From an uncultured Nitrospinota bacterium (lineage in GTDB: Bacteria > Tectomicrobia > Entotheonellia > J063 > CAVPRW01), in NCBI GenBank assembly GCA_963707985.1, contig CAVPRW010000036.1:1-62957 (forward strand): a stretch of DNA of 62,957 nucleotides, read 5' to 3'. This document shows, piece by piece, positions 21,331 to 31,675 of the stretch (the first letter of the stretch is position 1; each line of letters opens with the position of its first letter). A program made the position numbers and the translations under genes. The notes under the pieces are model-generated. The model was not told where the DNA came from, did no database searches, and worked only from the letters and a program-made list of their open reading frames with translations.

Positions 21331-21388
21331 AGCGAGCGTTGTCAAGTGGTCCCCCGGCACATGGCTCATGGTGGAGAAGGAGCAGGGT

Positions 21389-22528
21389 ATGAAGCGGAGC
21401 ACGACACACATTCTGACGACCCATACCGGCAGTTTACCCCGCACTCGCGAGCTCCAGGAGGTCCTGCGCCTCCGGGAGGAACGCCGTCCATTTGACCAGC
21501 CGGCCTTCGACGCGAGTGTCCGAGTGGCAGTGGCCGATGTGGTCCAGCAGCAGATCGCCATTGGCCTAAACGTGATCAACGACGGTGAGCAGGGCCGCTC
21601 GCAATATGCCGCCTACGTCAAAGAGCGCCTCACCGGGTTCGACGGGGAGCGGCTGATCCGCGCGCGTCCGCGTCTCGGCGATGCCGACTTCCCCGAGTAT
21701 GTCGCCACGCACCAGAGCTCGACAGCGATCCCGCAGCCGGCCTGTACCGGCCCCATCGCCTGGCGGGAGAAAGAGGCTATCCAACAGGATATCGCCACGC
21801 TCAAGGCCGCCGTCGGCACACGCCAGGTCGAGGAAGTGTTCATGACGGCCGCCTCTCCCGGGGTGATCGCCAACTTCCTCCCGAACGACTATTATCCCAC
21901 CGAGGAGGCCTATCTCTCTGCTCTCGCCGAGGTCATGAAGGACGACTACAAGGCTATCGTGGAGGCGGGATTTCTGCTGCAAGTGGACTGCCCCGATCTG
22001 GCCATGACCCGCGTCAGCCAGTATGGCCACTTGACCGTCGATGAGTTCAAAGATGTGGTCGCACTACACGTCGATGTGCTCAACGGCGCGCTCGCAGGCC
22101 TCCCGCCGGAGCGCATGCGCCTGCACCTGTGCTGGGGGAACTACGAAGGGCCACATCACCACGACGTGCCGTTGCGGGAGATTTTACCCCTGGTGCTCAA
22201 GGCGCGTCCGGTGGGCCTCTCGTTCGAAGGGGCGAATCCACGCCACGCCCATGAGTGGAAGGTCTGGCAGGACATCCGGTTACCCGATGACAAGGTCATC
22301 ATCCCTGGGGTCCTCGACAGCACCACCAACTTCATCGAACATCCGGAGCTGATTGCCGAGCGGATCGTGCGTTACGCCGAGGTGGTGGGTCGTGAGCGGG
22401 TCATCGCCGGCACCGACTGTGGCTTTGGCACCTCGGCTTGGGGCCGCAAGGTCGACGGCAAGATCGCCTGGGCCAAGCTCCAATCCATGGTCGAGGGCGC
22501 TCGCCTCGCCTCCGAGGCACTCTGGTAA
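21389..22528 (+). CDS. Cobalamin-independent methionine synthase II family protein (MetE C-terminal-like)
   Basis: ILTTHTGSLPR, DGEQGR, HLCWGNYEGPH, GTDCGF (Zn ligands); own RBS-like GGAG before ATG at 21389. Confidence 0.88.
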   Translation: MKRSTTHILTTHTGSLPRTRELQEVLRLREERRPFDQPAFDASVRVAVADVVQQQIAIGLNVINDGEQGRSQYAAYVKERLTGFDGERLIRARPRLGDADFPEYVATHQSSTAIPQPACTGPIAWREKEAIQQDIATLKAAVGTRQVEEVFMTAASPGVIANFLPNDYYPTEEAYLSALAEVMKDDYKAIVEAGFLLQVDCPDLAMTRVSQYGHLTVDEFKDVVALHVDVLNGALAGLPPERMRLHLCWGNYEGPHHHDVPLREILPLVLKARPVGLSFEGANPRHAHEWKVWQDIRLPDDKVIIPGVLDSTTNFIEHPELIAERIVRYAEVVGRERVIAGTDCGFGTSAWGRKVDGKIAWAKLQSMVEGARLASEALW

Positions 22529-22656
22529 CCATCGCCGACAGCTAACATGTGCGGACTACAGTATGTCGGCAACGGTACTGCTGCTTTTCTCTTGCCGCCG
22601 CAGGCCATTTTGGCTACCGTGGTCATGAGCATGGCGATGTTCGAGGAAGACCTGCC

Positions 22657-22741
22657 ATGAACCGGATGACGGCCTCAGCCTTGAAGGCGAAGTGTTTGCA
22701 GCTGACGGATGAAGTCGCGGCCACTGGGGGAGCCGCTGCAC
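22657..22741 (+). pseudogene. Truncated Phd/YefM antitoxin
   Basis: MNRMTASALKAKCLQLTDEVAATG after GAGGA; cut off by the convergent hydrolase gene. Confidence 0.55.
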
Positions 22742-23559
22742 CTACGGGTTGATGATGCCGGTCTGGCGGCCCACGATGAACGTCTCCCGCAGCTCGACAT
22801 AGTCACACACGGCGTTGACGAGGGCCTCGGGCCGCTCCGCCTCGATGAGGTGTCCGGCGTCATACACAAAGGCGATAGCGCTGTTGGGAATCCGCGCACG
22901 GTAGATGCGCGCGGCCTCGGGTGCCACCATCCGGTCTTCCGAACCAAAGAGCACCAGGGTCGCGCACGGAATCTCACCGAGCCGGCGTTCTGCCTTTGCA
23001 TCGTGCATCCCTCCCGTGAGCCGCTGCACCAGCGCCTGTTCCTTAGCCACGATGGCGGGGTCAACGGACGCAAAGCCCCGGGCCTTCTCGGGATGGGCGA
23101 ATAGCCGCTCTGGCCGTGTCCGCCGGCGTACCAGCCAGAAGGCCGGCCGCGGGCAGGAGGGCGGTGGGCGCAATCAACACCAGGGCCTCGACCGTGGCCG
23201 GCGACTGCAGGGTCTGCCAGAGTGCCACGTGGGCAGCCGAACGACGTGCCGATGAGCGTATAGGGTTCCGACACTACCTGTGCGGCAGCCTGGGCCACGG
23301 TGTCGGCCAGCTCCTGCACCGACTGGGATCTGGTGTTGGCCGGTGACTCGCCGAACCCCGGCAGTTCCAGCGCGATGACCCGATACTTCTGTGCCAGCGC
23401 GTCGCGGAGCGTGGACAGGCCCCAGGTCATGCCCTCCAGCATGACGACCGCCCCGGACGGTCGGGGCGGACCAACTTCCCAGGAGCGGATGCGGAAGCCG
23501 TCCACTTCGACGTAGTCCTCCTTGCCTGCGGCCGTTAGCCGCTGTCCCGCCTGCGTCAT
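22742..23559 (-). CDS. Alpha/beta fold hydrolase (frameshifted)
   Basis: RVIALELPGFGES, GTSFG nucleophile elbow; C-terminus TLVLFGSEDRMV...DAGHLIEAERPE in the 22742..23173 frame. Confidence 0.85.
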
Positions 23560-23589
23560 CTCTACCTCCTTCTCCAGCCATCTACAGGA

Positions 23590-24696
23590 CTAGAACTCCT
23601 TGATCTGCGGCAGGACTTCTTTGCCGAACAGCTCGATCTCCTGCATTACGTCCCGGTGATCCACACTGGGCTGCTGGAAAAACAGGTCCACCACCCCCAC
23701 GCCGCATTGGTCATGGAACGTCTTCAGCTGCTTCGCCACGGTGTCAGGCCCGCCCATAAAGCTCAGCCCGCGGGCCGCACCAGCCACGTCCCCTTGCACA
23801 CCGCCGGCAAGGGTGTTGCGCAGGTCGAACGCTTCGCCCGCCCGGGCTGCCTGTATGGCCCTCGACACTGCAGGCCGCATCGCAATGCCCCCAGGCACTG
23901 GCCCTGCACGCGTGACACCCTCTAACCACGCTTCAGCCTGCTTGTCTGTCTCCGCCAGGTAGATGCTTCCCCGGTAGATGATCTGGTCGGGTGTGGGCTG
24001 CCAGCCGGCCTCGTCACACCACGCATAGTACTTCTCAACGACCTTTGCCATCTGGTCGACAGGCACGAAGGACACGGCCAGGCCCAGCTGATGCTTGGCA
24101 GCGTATAGGAGCATGTCGTCGCTCCTGGTCGCCACCACCATCGGCGGCAGAGGCTGCTGCACCGGCCGCGGCCAGACCGAGACGGTGCGGAACTGGTAGT
24201 AGCGCCCTTCCCAGGAGAAGGGCTGGGGCTCGGTCAGGGCCTTGATGATCAGGTCCATGCCTTCCAAGAGCCGCCCGCGACCTTCGGCCGGGTTCACGCT
24301 GTAGGTCTGATCCTCGTTGGGGGTGCCGCGCAGAAAGCCGATGACAAGGCGGCCGTTGGTCAGGTTGTCCAGCAGGCCCAGCTCTTCTGCAACCCGTATG
24401 GGGTTGTTGAGCGTCAGCAAGTGGCCCAACATGGCGATCTTGGCTTTCTTGCACCGCTCCGCCACGGCCGCCGCCATGACCGCCGGCGTGCCGGTGGCGA
24501 TCCGGCCGGAGTAGTGGTGCTCCGAGAAGCTGACCCACGCAAAGCCCATCTCCTCCGCAAACTGACACTCTTCCATGCCTTCCTGGTAGCTCCGCACCGA
24601 AGTGGCCGGGTCGTGGTAGCTGGGGGGTATCGGCCATGTGGTGGGAAAGTTGGACCGCTGCGCATAGCCCATGGCGCCAAGATAGGATGCCTTCAT
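23590..24696 (-). CDS. LLM class flavin-dependent oxidoreductase (paralog A)
   Basis: AEEMGFAWVSFSEHHYS, NPIRVAEE...LDNLTNGRL, IELFGKEVLPQIKEF. Confidence 0.92.
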   Translation of the reverse strand: MKASYLGAMGYAQRSNFPTTWPIPPSYHDPATSVRSYQEGMEECQFAEEMGFAWVSFSEHHYSGRIATGTPAVMAAAVAERCKKAKIAMLGHLLTLNNPIRVAEELGLLDNLTNGRLVIGFLRGTPNEDQTYSVNPAEGRGRLLEGMDLIIKALTEPQPFSWEGRYYQFRTVSVWPRPVQQPLPPMVVATRSDDMLLYAAKHQLGLAVSFVPVDQMAKVVEKYYAWCDEAGWQPTPDQIIYRGSIYLAETDKQAEAWLEGVTRAGPVPGGIAMRPAVSRAIQAARAGEAFDLRNTLAGGVQGDVAGAARGLSFMGGPDTVAKQLKTFHDQCGVGVVDLFFQQPSVDHRDVMQEIELFGKEVLPQIKEF

Positions 24697-25110
24697 CATC
24701 TTCCTCCCTGACAAGGACGCTTCCTCGCCCGCATGCCGTCTGAACGTTCGAGGACTGTGACCTGCCCTGCTACGTGGCTGGGTCTAGCGACTGCTACTAT
24801 ATGCCTGTCGCCACAAAGCCGTCAATGGTCACGATCGGGTCACACGGTGCGAGTCTCAGGCAGAGCCGGTGGGGTCGCTGTGAGACGCAGAACTGTGCGA
24901 CGCTGATGGGCGAGCGGAATGGCCGGCCTGTCGGGTTTCACGTGGGTCGAGAGTAGTAGACCCCGGCGGCGAATCCGACTATACTGACGGAAAGGCATCA
25001 ATAACCAAGCACCACGACCAACCGTCGAGACATGCAGGCCAATGGCGCGGTATGTTCGTCAGGTCCCAGCGCCAGACCGGGGTCAGTACTCATGGCCGGG
25101 GAGGCAATCC

Positions 25111-26233
25111 ATGAAAGCATCTCTTTTCGCGCAGATGGGGTATGCGGAGCGTCACAAGTTTCCTGCCACCTGGCCGGTACCGCCGAGCTCTCACGACCCC
25201 GCGGTCACGATGCAGAGCTACGAGGACGGGATGGAAGAGTGTGTCCTTGCGGAGGAGATGGGTTTCGACTGGATCAGCTGCTCGGAACACCACTACTCAG
25301 GCAACAGGCTGACGCCAAACCCTGCAGTCATGGCGGCCGCCGTCTCGCAACGGTGCAAGCGGGTGAGGATCGCCTTGTTAGGGCAGCTGCTGCAACATCA
25401 CAATCCCGTCCGGGCGGCCGAAGAGATTGGCATGCTGGACAATCTCACCGGCGGCCGGGTGATCATGGCGTTCCTGCGGGGCACCCCCGGCGAGGACCTG
25501 CCCTACGGGATGAACCCGGCCGAAGGCCGAGCCAGGCTCTTCGAGGGCATGGATCTGGTCATCAAGGCGCTCACCGAGCCCCAGCCTTTTTCCTGGGAGG
25601 GGCGCTACTACCAGTTCCGCACCGTGTCGGTCTGCCCGCGTCCGGTGCAGCAGCCCCTGCCGCCGGTGCTCGTGGCGACCAGAAGTGACGATGCGGTCCA
25701 GTACGCCGCCTCCCATCACCTGGGTCTGGCGGTCTCCTATGATCCGGTGGACCAAATGGCTAAAGTCACCGACCAGTACTATCGATGGTGCGAGGAAGCA
25801 GGCTGGCAGCCCACACCCGACCAGATCGTCTACCGCGCCAGTATCCTGCTCGCAGAGACGGACCGGCAGGCGGCACGTCGGCTGGAGGCTCTCAAGGCCA
25901 GCGGTCTGGCGGAGCGGGGCATGGACCCGCGCTCTTCAGTAACCCGTGCGGTGTCCGCGGCGCGCAATGGAAAGGCGTTTGGCCCGCACCACCGCGATGG
26001 CGCTGCCGGCGACGCCCAGGGAGCCCGGCAAGCGGTCCAGTCCGGCCGGGGGCTGCTGACCTTGGTCGGAGGCCCCGACACCATCGTGAAGGAGTTGAAG
26101 GCGATTTCATGACCAGTGCGGCGTGGGCGTGGTCGACCTGGCCTTCCAGCAAACCGGCACCGACCACCGGGAAGTGATGCAAGAAATCGCGCTGTTCGGC
26201 CGGGAAGTCCTGCCGCGGCTCAAAGAGTTCTAG
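25111..26233 (+). CDS. LLM class flavin-dependent oxidoreductase (paralog B; frameshift near 26100)
   Basis: MKASLFAQMGY...SEHHYS; the C-terminus HDQCGVGVVDLAF...EVLPRLKEF-TAG resumes in another frame. Confidence 0.9.
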
Positions 26234-26330
26234 GGGCTCACGGGAATAACCATCGCCGGCCGGACAGCGCTTGGAAGAGCAGAACCCCTCAACAGGGGAC
26301 ACTGTATCGTGCCCCTACACGGGTTCTGCC

Positions 26331-26846
26331 TTACGAGCGGATGAGCGATGTTCGTGCCCTGGCATCCCTGGCGATGTCCTCGTCCCAAGGGCCGGGCAAG
26401 CGGCCGTGCTGGGTGCCGCCGATCATGTAACCGTTTGCATCATGCCCCCACTCACGGCTGGGCATCTCGTAGGAGACCTCGATCCCGTTGCCGTCCGGGT
26501 CCCGGATGTAGATCCCGATGGCATGGCCGTGGTCCGACACACGCTCGATCGCGATATTCTTCTCCTTAATGCGGAAGTACAACTCCTTCAGGTCGTCGAG
26601 GCTGTCCATATACCAAGCCATGTGGTTGAGCCCCACCTGCCCTTTTTGGGGCCCTGGAGCATCCTCTCCCACTTCCACCAAGGCGACTTCATGGGAATTG
26701 CCCAGGTCCGAAGTCAAGAAGGCCGCCCGTCCGGGCGTAAACCCGTAGGTGTGGAGACCCAGGAGGTCCGCATACCAATCGCGGGCGCGCGCCGCATTGC
26801 GCACGAAGATATTGACGTGCCCTAATTTTCTCGGCTTGTAGCTCAT
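26331..26846 (-). CDS. VOC (glyoxalase/extradiol dioxygenase-like) family protein
   Basis: LGHVNIFV, GLNHMAW, DHGHAIGIYIRDPDGNGIEV. Confidence 0.88.
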   Translation of the reverse strand: MSYKPRKLGHVNIFVRNAARARDWYADLLGLHTYGFTPGRAAFLTSDLGNSHEVALVEVGEDAPGPQKGQVGLNHMAWYMDSLDDLKELYFRIKEKNIAIERVSDHGHAIGIYIRDPDGNGIEVSYEMPSREWGHDANGYMIGGTQHGRLPGPWDEDIARDARARTSLIRS

Positions 26847-27045
26847 CGTCTCCCTCCTTTCCGCGTTCCCTCGTATGTGACCGAGGTTATCATAGCAAGC
26901 ACCCGGACTACAAGTCTCCTGAAATTCCCCAGAAAGCCCGAAGGGGCTGCCGGGGAACGGTTATTCCAGCCTCCAGGGTGACACGATGGCCAAGTAGTTT
27001 CAAGCGTCCCACATCGTGGCGGGTGACGCGGCCGGTTTGCCGTGG

Positions 27046-28125
27046 CTATGCAAGATCATGCACTCTGGGGGCCACCTCCTCCATCAATAAGCGGAGGGAG
27101 CGCTGCATCAGTGCATGGTCGTCAGGGTCCTGGGTGATGGCGAGGAGATGCCCAAAGCCACCGACCTCCTCGTGGAGCTGGCGAATTTTGTCGGCGCACT
27201 CCTGGGGGTCACCGACGATCCAGACGTGCTCCATCATGTAGTCCACGTCGACCGCCTCATCGGGCATGGCTGGATCCCGCTTGACATACCGCAGGGTCCC
27301 TTGCGCTCGGCGATTCCCATACTGGTGCTCGTCAAAGGGTCGCCCCAGGACGATCCGGGCTTCGGCTCGCGCCGACTCCGGGGTCTCGCCCACATACACC
27401 TCCCGGCCAATGCGGAGCTGCTGCCGGTCCGCTACCCGGCCGGTGCTGGCCGCACCTTCTTCCACCTTTTCCCAGAGCGTCCGGACGTGCGGGGCCATGA
27501 GGTTCGTCATCGGGATCCAGCCACGCTCTCCAGCCATGCGAATGCTGTCCGAAGTTGGCGTCGACGCCGCCACCCCGATGGGCGGATGGGGCTTCTGGTA
27601 GGGCTGGTAGTAGAGCCGGCGGCCGAGTGTCGGGTCCACCTCCGGGGCATGCACCTGATAGTACTTCCCTTCGAAGCCGAAGTGGCCGTCCTTGGCCTCC
27701 CACAGGCCGAGGATCACCTCCAGGGCCTCCTTCCCCCGCTCCCGCACCTCGTCCATCGAGCGATATTTGACCCCGTACAGGTGCAGATCGGTCGCCAGCG
27801 ACCTGACGCCGATCCCCCAGTAGAAGCGCCCCCGAGCCATATGGTCCAGCATGGCGATGCGGTGGGCGGTATCCACGGGATGGTGGAGAGGTAGCATCGT
27901 GACTCCGGTGGCGAGGATGATGCGCTTGGTGAGCGCCAGGGCGTTGGCGATGAGCAGCTCGGGCACGGGGGCATTTTCCCACGTCTCCGTGATATGCTCG
28001 CCAATCCAAGCCTCGTGATAGCCCAACTGGTCAGCCTGGACCAGTAAGGTGATGTCGCGGTCATAGGAGTCGGCAAAGGACCTCCTGGGTGGATGTAACG
28101 GCATCATAAACAATCCAAAGTCCAT
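27046..28125 (-). CDS. LLM class flavin-dependent oxidoreductase (limonene monooxygenase-like subgroup)
   Basis: MDFGLFMMPLHPP, ADQLGYHEAWIGEH, LPLHHP...RIAMLDHMARGR. Confidence 0.9.
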   Translation of the reverse strand: MDFGLFMMPLHPPRRSFADSYDRDITLLVQADQLGYHEAWIGEHITETWENAPVPELLIANALALTKRIILATGVTMLPLHHPVDTAHRIAMLDHMARGRFYWGIGVRSLATDLHLYGVKYRSMDEVRERGKEALEVILGLWEAKDGHFGFEGKYYQVHAPEVDPTLGRRLYYQPYQKPHPPIGVAASTPTSDSIRMAGERGWIPMTNLMAPHVRTLWEKVEEGAASTGRVADRQQLRIGREVYVGETPESARAEARIVLGRPFDEHQYGNRRAQGTLRYVKRDPAMPDEAVDVDYMMEHVWIVGDPQECADKIRQLHEEVGGFGHLLAITQDPDDHALMQRSLRLLMEEVAPRVHDLA

Positions 28126-28264
28126 GGTCTCCCTCCGATCAGCCCTGATATGATGGGCCGTTGGTAACCTCTGTTGCATTGCTCACCCACTCGTGGTGGT
28201 GGCTGCCATTGGGTGGCTCTGAGCCCTGGGCCATACCCAACAAGACGAATGATCGTGGCCCGCA

Positions 28265-28844
28265 AAGACGAGGGGTTCTGCCTCAGCTCACGACGCTGCG
28301 GCAGGTCTTCCGCCTGTTTCAGGTCTTGAACCGCAGGCGGATATGCCGCGTGCTGATCCACCGTGATCAGCCGTGGTGTCACCATAGGCTTGGCCCCAAG
28401 CACCGTGCGGAAGAACTGCTGAGCGGCCATGACAGTGTGCGTCTCACGCAACAGGACATCCCAGGTGTAACCTTCGGAATCGACCGCTCGCTACCAGGAG
28501 TGCCACGCCTGGTTGATCCGGATAGACCACTCGTGGACGCGGGACGAATCATGCGTAGCCTTGAGATGGAGTCGGCCGCGCTTGTCGGGCTCGAGCGGCA
28601 TCGCACGCCACCAAGCGAAACCCCCTGGTAGAATCAACGTGGAGCCCACGCTCCAGGATACGTGCTTCCATGTCACGATCGCTAGGGGCATCGCGTCGAT
28701 ACCAGCGGACCCCGCACAGGATGAGCTCCGGTTGGGAGTGACGCCATGTGAACGCGGATGAGCTGGTCATGGGAAGTCTCCAGCGATCGGGGTGTCACGC
28801 TGCGTGACCCCTTGTATCAGATCTCCCGCCGTTTTGGCAACACC
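28265..28844 (-). mobile_element. IS6 family remnant
   Basis: FTWRHSQPELILCGVRWY...ERGLHVD and AAQQFFR...PRLITVDQHAAYP, both degenerate; IR-like GGTGTTGCCAAAA at 28844. Confidence 0.8.
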
Positions 28845-28939
28845 TCCGTCGATTATTGAGGACCACTGGGGATAACTCATCACGGAGGGACGCTCAACGA
28901 TGGTGAAAAGCTTCGACCGATTTTGCCACGTGAACCCAC

Positions 28940-29510
28940 TTGCGTCTATGCTGCTCACGCTTACGGACGATGCGATACGCTCTTTCGGGCGCTCCCTGTG
29001 GCCAAGTCTTACACTTGCAGCAGAAAATCTCTTTCGCCGCAAGTAGCTCGCTCTGTATCAAAAGCGCAAGGTCAAACCACGACGCCCCACCAACGCCATC
29101 CGTATCGGCATGGTCTGGCTCTCGTGCTGGTTCGACTGGCGACGGGCCGTGCCCGTAGTGCAACCCAAGACGTTTATCCGTTGACATCGACAAGGCTTTC
29201 GCGTGTTCGGGCGCTGGAAATCGCGCCCCGGACGGTCGTCGATTCCGCCCGAGCTGCGAGCGCTGATCCGTCAGATGGTCAAAGACGATCTGACGTGGGG
29301 TCAGGAGCAAATTCCGAACGAAATTGCTGCTGAAGTTGGGTTTGCGTGTCTCTCCGTGAACCATGCCCACATATATGTCAAAGTTTCTCGACCGGAGGCC
29401 AGGCCCACACGTGCCATCCCAGCGCTGGCGAACTCTTGTGCGCAATCATGCCAAGGGAATTGTTGCCTGTGATTTCTGTGTGGCGATGACGGCTACCTTC
29501 CTCATGTTGA
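28940..29510 (+). mobile_element. Degenerate integrase-core (rve) transposase, 5' part
   Basis: LAAENLF...WFDWR...RWKSRPGR...LIRQM...WGQEQI...SQRWRTLVRNHAKGIVACDF, with stops and shifts. Confidence 0.75.
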
Positions 29511-29528
29511 CTGACTTTCTCAGGGGGA

Positions 29529-29990
29529 CTAGCTGGAGAGCATTGACAGCAGCGGCGGGAGAGGCCATCCTCGGCCCATGTCTAGGGAGAGGGTGTAATC
29601 GCCCGTTCACCATCGGCGTCGGGAGCATGGCCTCATGTTTCGCATCATACGCGTGCCCCGCTCGCTCGACACGTTCTTTCGTCCCCTGAAGGGTCACTTG
29701 CGGTGGGACCATTTGGAGTATGTTCGCTGGCTGGTCTTGGTGATGGCCTTCACCTGGGGGCGGCATCGTGTGGCCAATGTATCCCGCTATCTGGAGGCCC
29801 GGCACCACCGGAGCCGGTTCAACCCCTTCTTCGTGGTGCAGCGTTGGGACCCAGAAGTCGCGCGACCGCAGAAGGCGCCGGAGCGGCTTCGGGCCCTGAC
29901 CCCGCCGCCGGGAGCCACCGGGTATCTGCTCCTCGATGATGCTCAGCATGCCAAACGGGGCAAGCCTATGGACGCCATCGCTAGGGAAAC
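29529..29990 (+). mobile_element. IS701-like transposase 5' remnant
   Basis: MFRIIRVPRSLDTFF...HHRSRFNPFF...GYLLLDD..HAKRGK.M; truncated before brnT. Confidence 0.65.
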
Positions 29991-30016
29991 CACCCCCCAC
30001 CGTACTTCTTATCCCC

Positions 30017-30046
30017 TTGCTATTGTACATACAATTTGTATATATT
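30017..30046 (+). promoter_or_regulatory. brnTA promoter with palindromic operator
   Basis: TTGCTA-18 nt-TATATT with ATACAA-T-TTGTAT (30029-30041) in the spacer; ATG lies 6 nt after the -10. Confidence 0.6.
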
Positions 30047-30052
30047 CTCGCT

Positions 30053-30337
30053 ATGGAATTTGAATGGGATGAACGAAAAAACCAGGAGAATATTCGGAGG
30101 CATGGGATTGACTTTGCGATAGGTGCTCGCATCTTTGATGGACCTGTTGTTCGCAAACCGGATGATCGAAGAGACTATGGGGAACTCCGCTACATTGCTT
30201 TTGGCAGTGTGGAACAGGAGATTCTTGCTGTCGTGTATACGGTACGAGGTACACGATATCGTATTATTTCAACACGGAGGGCTAATCGACGTGAACGAAG
30301 AGCGTATTGTCAAGTATACCCAGAAGAACTTACCTAA
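30053..30337 (+). CDS. brnT: BrnT family toxin
   Basis: MEFEWDERKNQENIRRHGIDF...DYGELRY...VVYT.R...RIISTRRANRRER. Confidence 0.93.
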   Translation: MEFEWDERKNQENIRRHGIDFAIGARIFDGPVVRKPDDRRDYGELRYIAFGSVEQEILAVVYTVRGTRYRIISTRRANRRERRAYCQVYPEELT

Positions 30338-30635
30338 AGGGGACATCGATTGGCAGCGGGTCAAAGCACTCACTGATGATGAAATAGAAGCGGCTGTACG
30401 TGAGGATCCAGAGGCTGCTCCAATTACTGATGAGGATTTTTGGAAAGAGGCGACCCTTATATGGCCGAAAGAGAAGCAACACATCTCCCTACGCCTCGAT
30501 TATGAGGTGTACTGGTGGTTAAAGCAGTATGCCAAGAAAGAAGGCAAGGGATATCAAACCCTTATTAACGCTATCTTGCGTTCGTGGATAGAGATACAGA
30601 AGGGAAAACACCCTCTTCCTCAGCCAAAGTCTTGA
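30291..30635 (+). CDS. brnA: BrnA family antitoxin
   Basis: DWQRVKALTDDEIEAA..DP...KQHISLRLD...GKGYQTLINAILR; GTG start overlapping brnT. Confidence 0.88.
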   Translation: MNEERIVKYTQKNLPKGDIDWQRVKALTDDEIEAAVREDPEAAPITDEDFWKEATLIWPKEKQHISLRLDYEVYWWLKQYAKKEGKGYQTLINAILRSWIEIQKGKHPLPQPKS

Positions 30636-30760
30636 GCAGTATTTCCTTTGGCCTTTCGAGGTCGCGTGCTACCGCGGGAGGAGACGTGGTACCAAGGCGT
30701 CGGCTATGCAAGATACAGCGGTTTATTCCCGTGTAATACCGAACAGAACCGAAGTGATAA

Positions 30761-31475
30761 CTCACGGTTCGCTCAAATTTGGAGGAGTTCCAACAATTGT
30801 GGTAAGGTCTCAAGCTCTCTCCCGCAGAAATCCCCGATGAGCCGACGGCTGGAGCCCGTCTTGACGGGCAGTGCGGGAGCGGTAGGCGGGGTGCCAGCCG
30901 CCGAGAGCTCTGGCCCGGACCGAACGCGTGAGCCTTCTCACAGAACGTGTCGATGACATTCCCTTGTTGCTGGCCCAACTGGAGCAGATGGGGCTCCAGC
31001 AGTTGTTGGACAAGCACTTGGCCACCCACGGGAACTGGGTCGGTCTGAGCCTGGGGTGGGTGAGCGTGCTGTGGTTGCCCCCTATGCTCTCCGAGGCCGA
31101 CCATCGGCTGAACCACGGCAACCCCTGGGCGGCACAACCGGCTTGATCCGCCTGCTGTCCATCGGGGCGTGGGTCCTGACCCGGCTGGAGGTTGGCGTGC
31201 GCCGGCGCTTGGCCATGGCCAAGACGACGCTGGACGGGATGTCTGTCGGCAATCCCAAACGAGCGACCGCTCGCCCCACGGCTGAATGCCTGCTGGAGGA
31301 CTTTCAAGGGCTGACGCTGACGATCCTCCGGGAAGGTCGCCGTCGGCGGTCTCATCTGACACCCCTCGCTCGCGTGCACCGACGCATCCTGGCGCTGCTG
31401 GACTTCTCGATGGATATCTACACCCGGCTCGTTCTTGCTTCTGACAACCCCCCCTGAAAATGAGCGAACCAGGAG
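30761..31475 (+). mobile_element. Internally deleted IS1634-like element
   Basis: IR core GGTTCGCTCA at 30766-30775 and 31461-31470; N-terminus TERVDDIPLLL...HGNW.GLSLG joined to C-terminus GNPKRATARPTAE.LL. Confidence 0.8.
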
Positions 31476-31578
31476 TATGGAACTCTTGGTTACAGCGGAG
31501 ACATGTGGCAGGTCCAGCATAGGGACTGTCTTTCGCGCTTCTGCGCTGGGGGCCTTTGGATCGGCCTTTTTCAGCCAT
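31476..31578 (-). pseudogene. Small CxxC protein truncated by the IS1634-like element
   Basis: MAEKGRSKG...PYAGPATCLRCNQEFH runs straight into the IS end. Confidence 0.3.
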
Positions 31579-31675
31579 GCGAATCTCAAGAGCAAAACGT
31601 AGTCGTAACACTGGACAACCCCACACCTCAGCTCTCCCCTCGACATCTTTTTTTGTCTTAAGACATTACCCTTTG

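Noticed and set aside
30571..31646. Long minus-strand ORFs of 351 and 278 aa
   Set aside because: They read through the antisense strand of the IS1634-like remnant; only the short CxxC N-terminus is plausible.
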